Assembly: GCA_963729625.1 (NCBI GenBank)
Contig: CAVSOU010000011.1
Location: 480,001 to 544,000 of the forward strand
Origin: an uncultured bacterium
GTDB taxonomy: Bacteria; Chloroflexota; UBA5177; JANWHV01
Reading direction: 5' to 3'
DNA: 64,000 nt
Shown piece by piece: positions 31,311 to 39,078 of the stretch. The notes below the pieces were generated by a model. That model did not search any database. It was given only the letters and a program-made list of their open reading frames with translations, and was not told the DNA's origin. The translations under genes were made by a program, and so were the position numbers. The stretch's first letter is position 1; each line of letters opens with the position of its first letter.

Positions 31311-31793
31311 CTACTTATGTTCGATCACGTGTTGGGTGTCGTTTCCCGCGATCACCTTGACGGTGTGCGCGCGCGCATGCTGGACCTTCGGCATGGTCAG
31401 CGTCAACATTCCGTGTTGATAGGATGCCGACGTGTGCTCGCCTTCGACGGCCGTCGGCAGGCTGAACGTCTGATCGAAATTGCCTGACCCGATCCCGTTC
31501 CAGATCTGCTGTCCGTTCTCAACCTGCGGCACGAGGCGCTCGCCCTTGATGTTGACGGTCTCACCCTGCACGGTGATGTTCACCTTGTCCGGATCGACGC
31601 CCGGGAGTGCGATCTGCACGACATAGTTGTCGGCAGTCTCATACAGATTAGCCGGCAACGCCATGAGGTTGCCCATGGGGGCGACCAGGCTGCGCGGATT
31701 GATGAAGCTGTCGGAAACCAACCGGTCCATCGCGTCGCGCAGGGTCACAAACTCGTTGATAGGGCTCCACAACGTTCGAATCGCCATTGTCAT
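31311..31793 (-). CDS. Hsp20/alpha-crystallin small heat-shock protein
   Basis: LRDAMDRL, ANLYET, ALPGVDPDKVNI, IKGER, F.LP..V, ASYQHGMLTLTMPK; AGGAGG RBS (start may be ATG 31787). Confidence 0.95.
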   Translation of the reverse strand: MTMAIRTLWSPINEFVTLRDAMDRLVSDSFINPRSLVAPMGNLMALPANLYETADNYVVQIALPGVDPDKVNITVQGETVNIKGERLVPQVENGQQIWNGIGSGNFDQTFSLPTAVEGEHTSASYQHGMLTLTMPKVQHARAHTVKVIAGNDTQHVIEHK

Positions 31794-31869
31794 CCTCCTG
31801 CTGAATCCTCTTGCTCCTCACAAGGGTTCTGTTCTCTGGGAAGACCCGCCGCCTCCCCGTCACACCTCT

Positions 31870-31899
31870 GTTATAGCACTTCAATGGCAGTACTGTCAA
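31870..31899 (-). promoter_or_regulatory. sigma70 promoter of hsp20 overlapped by a degenerate CIRCE-like element
   Basis: Minus strand TTGACA, 18 bp ending TGC, TATAAC; + strand ATAGCACTT-N9-TACTGTCAA versus CIRCE TTAGCACTC-N9-GAGTGCTAA. Confidence 0.55.
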
Positions 31900-32235
31900 T
31901 AGATATGAGTTAGTTACTAGCAAGTTATTGATCTAGCAATCATCGTTCCATCTTGAGTAGCGTCGTCTTCCTGGCGACAATGCGGTGCCAGCACTTCGAG
32001 AATCCTGGCAGATTCATCGAAAGACTGCTAATCGCGACCAGCCATGCTGCCCCGCGGTGGCCGGCGACTGGACAGCTCGAATGGGAGCGAGGCGTCGCGA
32101 AAAGTGCGATACTGAGTCGCGAGGTACGCAGTGGCTCTCAACTGAAAACCCTGCGACCTGGACAAGCACTTCGAGGCGGTAGTAGAGTGACGATGGTCAC
32201 AGTGCAGCGACGTCTGAGTGAAAGGACTTCGAGTG

Positions 32236-32640
32236 ATGGTAACCATTCCCTCGCAGATTCAGGCATTCCTCACGGGGAAGATGGCCTGGGTAGCCACCGC
32301 GGCCGGCGACGGCACTCCCAACACGACACCGAAGGGCTCTCTTCGGCTGTTGGACGACCAGCATTTGCTGTTCGCCGACCTGTTTTCATGCAAGACCCGG
32401 CAGAATCTCGAGCAGAATCCCAAAGTGGCCGTCACGGTAATTGACGCAGCGACGAACGCAGGCTACCAGTTCAAGGGAACAGCCGAGCTCATTGCATCTG
32501 GCCCGCTCTACGAGCAGGTCGCTCTAGAGCTGAAGCAGCGAGCCGCAACGTTGCCGGCTCCGGCATACGTCGTGAAGATCGCCGTCGACGCCATCTACGA
32601 TCAGTCGGCAGGACCGAATGCGGGACAGCAGATTGCCTGA
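32236..32640 (+). CDS. Pyridoxamine 5'-phosphate oxidase family (FMN-binding split barrel) protein
   Basis: WVATAAGDGTPNTTPKGS, KTRQNLEQNPKVAV, GYQFKG, YDQSAGPNAG. Confidence 0.85.
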   Translation: MVTIPSQIQAFLTGKMAWVATAAGDGTPNTTPKGSLRLLDDQHLLFADLFSCKTRQNLEQNPKVAVTVIDAATNAGYQFKGTAELIASGPLYEQVALELKQRAATLPAPAYVVKIAVDAIYDQSAGPNAGQQIA

Positions 32641-32728
32641 CGCGTGCTCCCTGCCTCTCCGAGGGTGTTCCGCCGAGCGCACGTCCCTGCGGTCCAGCTG
32701 GGCCGCCGCTGCAAGGTTGCCCCGGTGA

Positions 32729-32968
32729 TGGCGCAAATAACGTCACGCCTGCCGCTTGGGCGGCGGCGATAAGCCGTGTGTCGAGGGTGGCAAGCGGCAG
32801 CTCCAGCCGCAGGGCAAGATCTGGGTAGGCCGCGTCGTAGGCTGAAAGCGCGTGCAGTCGGGCCACTTGAAGCGCGGTGAGCAGGAGATCCGCGAATGGG
32901 CGTGGCTCGACGTCGATAGGCAGCGTCGCAAGGAGCTGTACGAATTGGTCGCACTGCGCCTTCGCCTC
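32729..32968 (-). pseudogene. vapC: C-terminal fragment of a VapC PIN-domain toxin
   Basis: LLATLPIDVE...ARLHALSAYDAAYPDLALRLELPLATLDTRLIAAAQAAGV is a PIN C-terminal half. No PIN N-terminus upstream and no stop at the expected position. Confidence 0.75.
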
Positions 32969-33103
32969 GTGCGATTGGAAAGGACAACCATGGCTACGCT
33001 CGTGTGCAGGGCCAGAAGCCCGAGTCGACGACCGCATGGGGCACCGGCAGACGGTGAAGCGAGGCCCTGGGGCGGTCTGTAAGCAGCGGCCGAGACGCTC
33101 TGT

Positions 33104-33778
33104 TCAGCGAATCGTCAGGTGGTACGTGCCATGATAGGCACCCCAGGTGCCCCGGGCTCGCATTTCGATCGTATGCTGGCCCGGCGGCAGCGGAGCCAGC
33201 ATGACGTAGACGCCGATGCTCACCCCAAAGTCGGTTCCAGGCCCTCCAGGGATGCCGGCGATGTTCCCGGACGGATACGCAAAGGTGAAGCGGGGAGTCG
33301 TGAGCTGGTAGCGGGTAAACACGTTCGGAATTTGAATCCCATCCACCGCGAGCTCAGCCTCTTTGAAGCCGCGCCAGATGCCTTGGGCGTCGCTGCGCAA
33401 CTTCTCGAGGGTGTTGAAGGGGGCAGGGTGCGACACTTCGACGTTGGCCGGCGTGACGAGCACGGCCTTGCCGGCGGGCACCGTGCAGACCAAGGTGCCG
33501 GCGAAGGCCTGGACGAGGTACCAGACCGGGCCGGACTGGCCCTGGGCGCAGATAGCGGGGGTGACCTTGTTGGTCATGGGGCTCGTCGCCTTGGGTATGG
33601 CGTTCAACCACTGCTGCCACTGGACCGCCCATTCGACGTACGTGTGCCCGTAGGGACGCGCCTGGGGCGGGAAGATGTGAAGCGGTGCGCCTGCCGCGCG
33701 GGTGGTAGGCGCGGGTCCCAGGGCGAGGACTGCGAGCATGACGGCCGGCAATGCAACCAGCTTGCCGGTGATCTTCAT
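33104..33778 (-). CDS. Secreted hypothetical protein (W..W.QW...C...QSGPVW.L...CTVPAG family), paralog 1
   Basis: Signal peptide, AAGGAG RBS, clear similarity to 34584..35312. Confidence 0.75.
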   Translation of the reverse strand: MKITGKLVALPAVMLAVLALGPAPTTRAAGAPLHIFPPQARPYGHTYVEWAVQWQQWLNAIPKATSPMTNKVTPAICAQGQSGPVWYLVQAFAGTLVCTVPAGKAVLVTPANVEVSHPAPFNTLEKLRSDAQGIWRGFKEAELAVDGIQIPNVFTRYQLTTPRFTFAYPSGNIAGIPGGPGTDFGVSIGVYVMLAPLPPGQHTIEMRARGTWGAYHGTYHLTIR

Positions 33779-34049
33779 TGCCTTCTCCTTTTCCTTCCTG
33801 CGCCGTGTACAAGGTACCCGGCACTCGAGCATGCCGTCGTGGCCGGGTGCACCAGTTGCTCGATGCAGTCCAACGGTGGCCAGGCGTCAGCGGGAAGGAG
33901 CGGCAGTGCCGCGCGCGGAGCGTAGCGGCGTCGAACCCTTTCCAGGACGGCAGGTCAGCGCATCCACTCCGGTTCAATTCTATACCTCACGTCAAGGAAC
34001 GGCCGAACGTGACGTTTTCGGCCATCGGCGCTTGAGGGCCGAACCGCAC

Positions 34050-34150
34050 CCGCCTCAGCACCGTGTGCTGTCCTGCTGCCAGCGGAGCCGGCATCACGAC
34101 TATACCGTCACCGACCGACTGGTGGTCCCAGGCCCAAACACGTTGAGGAT
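34050..34150 (-). pseudogene. Frameshifted C-terminal remnant of a third paralog of the secreted protein
   Basis: NVFGPGTT then, after a frameshift, QSVGDGIVVMPAPLAAGQHTV; aligns with GPGITKAMAEGLFVMLAPLPAGQHTI of the neighbours. Confidence 0.55.
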
Positions 34151-34583
34151 GGCCTGGCGCCGTTATCCTGGTACGTGCGTGGAGTGCCCCGCCACCCAGA
34201 TCGTGATCGACTCGACGGCGCGAAAGCGGAGACGCTCGCAGACGGGTGGAGCGCCTCGGTGGCACCGAAGTAGAAGAGGCGCGCTCCAGACGCGGGGTGC
34301 TGGGCCACCACCCGACGCAGCAGCGCGCCGCCAGCCCCGCGCCGTTGGGGGGGCGGCGGCCATACACCAGATCCCCACAGTGGTGCCACGCTGAGACGTG
34401 GCGATAGCACCGACCAACGTCTCCACGCGGTGAGCCAGGAAGATCGCGAGACCGAGGGCGTCGAGCACGGCCGGGCTCCACGCGCGCTGGGCGCATCCAC
34501 GGGAACGACTCGCCCCAGGGCCTCGCACCGGCAGGCGATGTTGCGAGGCCCTGAGGCGGTCGGCTGTGCCTGGGACGCTCTCC

Positions 34584-35312
34584 TCAGTTGCGAATCGTCA
34601 GAACGTACGTGGCACTCCACCAAGCACCCCCGGTCCTCGAGCCTTGCAGCTCGATGGTGTGCTGCCCCGCCGGCAACGGCGCCAGCATGACGAACAAGCC
34701 TTCAGCCATCGCCTTGGTAATCCCGGGTCCAGGCCCGTCAACGATATTGTCCGCAGGATACCTAACAATGAAGACAGGGGTCGTGAACCGGTAGCGGGTC
34801 AACACGTTCGCGACGTGAACCCCATCCACGGTAACGTCAGCTCCTGTCATCGTACTCATAGCCCCGTCGACGGCACTGCGCAATGCCTCGGGGGTGTCGC
34901 CGCACTGCGGTACCACGGCTGGGCAGAAGAAAGCCACCACCGAGAGGAGCAGCGCCTCGCCGGCCGGCACCGTGCAGGTCCGGACTACGGTGGGAGTCTG
35001 CCTGTCCCAGGCGATGAGGTACCAGACGGGGCCGGACTGGCGCTCGGTGCAGCGCGCCCCGGTGATGTCGTCCATGGGCGTCTTCGGCGCGGGTATCCCG
35101 TTGAACCATTGCTGGAACCGGACTTCCCATTCGGTGTACGAGAGGCCATATGGATGGGCCCAGGGCGGATACACGTAAGGCTGCGCGCTCCACGCCGGGG
35201 GTGGGTTGACACCGGGGTTGTCGTTCCCCGCCTGGACGACCCGCGCGGGTCCCAGGGCGAGGACGGTAAGTGTGACCATCAGCAACGCGAGCAGCTTCCT
35301 CATGTGTTTCAT
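34584..35312 (-). CDS. Secreted hypothetical protein, paralog 2
   Basis: Signal peptide MKHMRKLLALLMVTLTVLALGP; PYGLSYTEW...QQWFNGIP...C...QSGPVWYL...CTVPAG...MLAPLPAGQHTIE; AAGGAG RBS. Confidence 0.75.
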   Translation of the reverse strand: MKHMRKLLALLMVTLTVLALGPARVVQAGNDNPGVNPPPAWSAQPYVYPPWAHPYGLSYTEWEVRFQQWFNGIPAPKTPMDDITGARCTERQSGPVWYLIAWDRQTPTVVRTCTVPAGEALLLSVVAFFCPAVVPQCGDTPEALRSAVDGAMSTMTGADVTVDGVHVANVLTRYRFTTPVFIVRYPADNIVDGPGPGITKAMAEGLFVMLAPLPAGQHTIELQGSRTGGAWWSATYVLTIRN

Positions 35313-35934
35313 GTCTCTCTCCTTGTGGCTCAACCCGAATGCGGACCGGCCCGGCCGGTTACTGCTTGGCTTGCCAGGGCATGTCGTAACTCATTCCCTC
35401 CTTTGCTACCCACCACGAGGTGCTCCAGTGCCGGGGGCGAGAAGTGCCGGTTTCAATGGCAGCCGCCGGCCGGTTCCATCTTCACTCTGCGCCTCACACG
35501 ACCCTGCCCGCCACACAGGCCGGCACATGAGAGTGCATCTGGACTCACATGATCCTGTGGGCATCCGGGCGCCCGGGCGCCGGCGCGTTGGACATACCAG
35601 AAGCGTGATCCGGTTCGGGGCTGGCGTGCCCTGGACCGCGGGCATCGTGCACGCCCCTGTCCGTCATGCCGACGAGACGGCCGCGGTCCTGCTCGGCCTG
35701 CGATCACATAATCCGGCTATGCCCCGCCGCAAAGGGCACGTCACGGCCATAGGCCCCGAAGAACTACAATGGGCGATCGCCTCTTGCGCCGGCTTGCCCG
35801 GAACGGTATGCTCGGAGCGGACGCGGATCCGGTGTAGCTCCTGCCCAGTTGGCGACGAGCGTCTGGCCCACAAGGTGTGAAGCGACAGGGACCGCCGCCG
35901 CCGGGCAGGCCAGGCACAGCCGCGTGGAGGTGCT

Positions 35935-37506
35935 ATGCAGCGCGGGGATCCTGGTCCCCCCTTCGCGGTGCTGCTGCGACGCTACCGGGAGGCTGCCGGC
36001 CTGACCCAGGAGGCACTGGCCGAGCGGGCAGGGGTGAGCGCGCGTGCCGTCAGCGACCTGGAGCGCGGGATCAATCGCGCGCCCCGCGTGGATACGCTCG
36101 GACTGCTGGCGAGGGCTCTCCAGCTCACGCCGGAGGACCGCGCCCGGTTGGAGGCGGCTGCCAGCGGGGTGGACGAATACGGCGTCGCCCTCACGGGCGC
36201 CGAAGGGCCAGGCACACCCACCACGTCCGATCAGGGGCGAGCGACGCGCACAGCGCGCACCCCGGTTGCCTTCCTCTCGTACGCGGCGGAGGACGGTGCG
36301 TTCGCGACACGGCTGCGGAGCGATCTGGCCACGCACGGTGTCACCGCCTGGGCCGACCGCGCCGAAGCGCGGACCGGATCCGGGCAGCCGGAGGCACTGC
36401 AGGCGGCCATACGCGCCTGCCCGGCGGTGCTGCTGGTGGTCTCTCCTGCTGCCCGCTCCTCGCACTGGGTCGGCAGGGAGCTGGGCCTGGCCGAGATGTA
36501 CGGCCGCCCGATCGTGCCCGTCTGGTCGGCCGGGGAGCAGTGGCTCGATTGCGCGCCGGCGGCGCTGGCCGGCGTGCCCTACGTGGACGCCCGTGGGTCC
36601 CGCTACTCCGAGGCGACCGTCGCGCTCGTGGCGGTGCTGGGCACGGTAGGCGCCGGCTCTGGCCGGGAGGACACGCCAAGCGCGACGCCGACACTGTTTG
36701 TGCCGCGCAACCCGTACAAAGGCCTGCGCGCGTTTGGTGAGGAGGACTCGGGCGACTTCTTCGGGCGGACCGCTTTCGTGCAAACGCTGGTGGAGGCGGC
36801 GGCGGCCACCCTCGCCCCGACACAAGCGGCGGCGCCCCGCCTGCTGGCCGTGGTGGGACCCAGCGGCTCGGGCAAGTCCAGCCTGGTGCGCGCCGGGCTC
36901 ATCCCGCGCCTCAAGGCGGGCGCTCTGCCTGGCAGCGACGGCTGGGTCTACCTCGATCCGGTCCTCCCCGGCGCCCGGCCCCTGGAGGCCCTGGCCGTGG
37001 CCCTGGCAGGCAAGCTCGACCGCAGCATCCATACTCTGTGCGAGGACCTCGGCGACGACGTCGCCCGTGGCCTGCACCTCTGGGCGCGGCAACTGGCGCC
37101 TCATCCCGACCAGCATGTGGTGCTGGTGATCGACCAGCTCGAGGAGCTGTTCACGCTCACCACGGATGAGGAGGAACGCCGGCAGTTCATCGACCTCCTG
37201 CTCACCGCGTTCGGTGAGCCGCGCGGCCCTCTGCTGGCCATCCTCACCCTGCGTGCCGACTTCTACGACCGGCCGATGGCCTATCCCGCGCTGGGCGCGG
37301 CGTTGGAGGCACGGAGCAGGTCGGTGCTGCCGCTGAGCGTGGCCGAGCTGCGGGAGGCCGTCGAGCGGCCCGCTGCCCTGCCCGACGTGCGGCTCGACTT
37401 CGAGCCCGACCTGGTGGGCGACCTGCTCTTTGAAGTGGCAGGGCAGGCGGGGGCGCTGCCGCTGCTGGAGTTCACCCTCGAGCAGCTCGCTGACCGCCGG
37501 CAGGGA
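35935..37506 (+). pseudogene. 5' part of an IS-interrupted XRE-HTH / TIR / STAND NTPase / TM / WD40 gene
   Basis: XRE HTH (LLRRYREAAGLTQEALAERAGVSARAVSDLERG), TIR (AFLSYA...SHWVGREL), NPYKGLRAF...FFGR, Walker A GPSGSGKSS, Walker B VIDQLEELFT, LRADFY, GALPLLEFTL; GGAGG RBS. Confidence 0.9.
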
Positions 37507-37843
37507 TTCGGAGTTGATCCGGTTCGGTGGAGGGATTGAGACTAGGTGGTTAGTCGCAAGGTACCTCCTTTCGTCGCGCGGAGAAAAGGCCGTGCTGGCA
37601 CGTCCGCGCTGCCTGTTTCGGTCGGAGGTGTGACCCTTCCGGCACCCCCTGCTGCGTCGTCGGTGCGGCGCGGGGGACGGTGATGGACGATCTGAACGCT
37701 GGCGCCCCGCGCCGCCCTCCAGCCTAGCAGGGGGGCCCGCCGGCGGGTCAACCCCGCTCCCTGCACGACGGCGCCGCTTTTGCCGGGCACGGGGAGGAGA
37801 CGGCGGCCGGTGGGTGCCGATGATGGGACGAGCAGGCAATGGT

Positions 37844-38713
37844 TCAGGCTGCGCATGCTGCCGCCTCTCGTTCGTAGGCTGCCGGACTCTGGTAGCCCAG
37901 GGCGGAATGCCGGCGATGGGTGTTGTAGAAGCCCTCGATAAAGTCAAAGACCGCCAGACGGGCGGCGGCCAGGCTGGGGAAGGTGTGGCGAGCCAGCAGC
38001 TCGGTTTCCAGGGTGGCGAAAAAGCTCTCGGTGATCGCGTTATCGTAACAATCCCCCACCGAACCCAAGGACGGCAGGACGCCGGCCAGTTGACAGCGCT
38101 CGCCGAAGGCCACGGACGTGTACTGGCAGCCGTGGTCGGAGTGATGGATGACCCCAGCGGCAGGGCGGCGGGTGGCGATGGCCATGTCCACGGCGTCCAG
38201 GACCAGCTCGGTGCGCAGATGATCGGCCATGGCCCAGCCAACAATCTTCCGGCTGAAGACATCGAGCACGACTGCCAGGTAGAGGAAGCCGTCCCAGGTC
38301 GGGATGGCGGTGATGTCGGCCGTCCAGAGGCGATTGGGTGCCCTGGCCACGAACTGCCGTTGCACCCGGTCGGGCACGGCTGTGGCCGTCGCCGCGCGCT
38401 CGGTGGTGACGACGAACCGTCGACGATGGCAGCCCACCAGTCCGGCACCCCGCAGCAACCGCGCCACGCGCCGGCGGCCGCAGTGTACCCCGGCCGCACG
38501 CAGCTCGGCATGGATGCGTGGTGCCCCATAGGTCCGCCGGCTCGCCTCGTGCGCCGTGCGGATGCGGACCAGCAGTGCTGCGTCCGCTTGCGCCCGGGCC
38601 GACGGTCCGCGCGTGCGCCATGCATAGTAGCCGCTAGGGGAGACACCCAGCACCCGGCAGAGCATGGCCACGGCATGAAAGGCCTTCTCGCACGCGATGA
38701 ACGCGAAGATCAT
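37844..38713 (-). CDS. IS3-family transposase OrfB (DDE/rve)
   Basis: MLCRVLGVSPSGYYAW, YGAPRI, WTADIT, DVFSRKIVGW, HHSDHGCQY, DNAITESFFATLETE, YNTHRRHSALGY. Confidence 0.95.
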   Translation of the reverse strand: MIFAFIACEKAFHAVAMLCRVLGVSPSGYYAWRTRGPSARAQADAALLVRIRTAHEASRRTYGAPRIHAELRAAGVHCGRRRVARLLRGAGLVGCHRRRFVVTTERAATATAVPDRVQRQFVARAPNRLWTADITAIPTWDGFLYLAVVLDVFSRKIVGWAMADHLRTELVLDAVDMAIATRRPAAGVIHHSDHGCQYTSVAFGERCQLAGVLPSLGSVGDCYDNAITESFFATLETELLARHTFPSLAAARLAVFDFIEGFYNTHRRHSALGYQSPAAYEREAAACAA

Positions 38714-39012
38714 CGCCGGGGTAGCCCCGTCTCCTGGGCGAAGAAGGCCGCGGCTTTTAGCAAGATTTCCCGCTCTTCCCGCAGGATGCGATTCTCCCGT
38801 CGCAGCTGGCGCATCTCCTCCGTCTCTTGCGTGGTCAGGCCGTCGGCACGACGGCCTTCATCAACATCGGCTTGCCGCACCCACAGACGCAGTGTCTCGG
38901 TTGAAACCTCCAGGCGGCGGGCGATCTCTGCCGCCGGCCTCCCGCTGCTCCGCACCAGCCGGATCGCCTCAGCGCGGAACTCGCGTGGATAGGGGGCATG
39001 ACTCTTTGGCAT
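38710..39012 (-). CDS. IS3-family transposase OrfA (HTH)
   Basis: YPREFRAEAIRLV...IARRLEVSTETLRLWVRQ...LRRENRILREEREILLKAAAFFA; ATGA overlap with orfB. Confidence 0.95.
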   Translation of the reverse strand: MPKSHAPYPREFRAEAIRLVRSSGRPAAEIARRLEVSTETLRLWVRQADVDEGRRADGLTTQETEEMRQLRRENRILREEREILLKAAAFFAQETGLPRR

Positions 39013-39078
39013 GATGGAACCTCCTCTTCTTGTTCAGTACCAAGCGTTGAGGTCTCCACCAAGTCGGATCAGGTCCAA

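Larger units (their letters stand above)
37509..39077 (-). mobile_element. IS3-family insertion sequence (~1569 bp)
   Basis: Imperfect terminal IRs CGGAGTTGATCCGGTTCGGTGGAG and (minus) TGGACCTGATCCGACTTGGTGGAG, 18/24 identical; flanks ATT/ATC; orfA plus orfB; deleting 37507-39078 restores the host frame (GGA|TCG). Confidence 0.9.

Noticed and set aside
32489-33037. Intact 182-aa VapC toxin
   Set aside because: Lacks the PIN N-terminal strand and first Asp (found at 41906-41950) and runs into the convergent PPOX gene; treated as a fragment.
35764-38676. 970-aa minus-strand ORF
   Set aside because: Shadow frame over IS3 orfB and antisense to the STAND gene; Arg/Pro/Ala-rich with no motifs, and it crosses the IS boundary.
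38700-38770. Programmed -1 frameshift between IS3 orfA and orfB
   Set aside because: No clear slippery heptamer seen; the ATGA overlap points to translational coupling.
37814-38992. 392-aa plus-strand ORF inside the IS
   Set aside because: Antisense to the transposase genes, a common IS3 shadow ORF.
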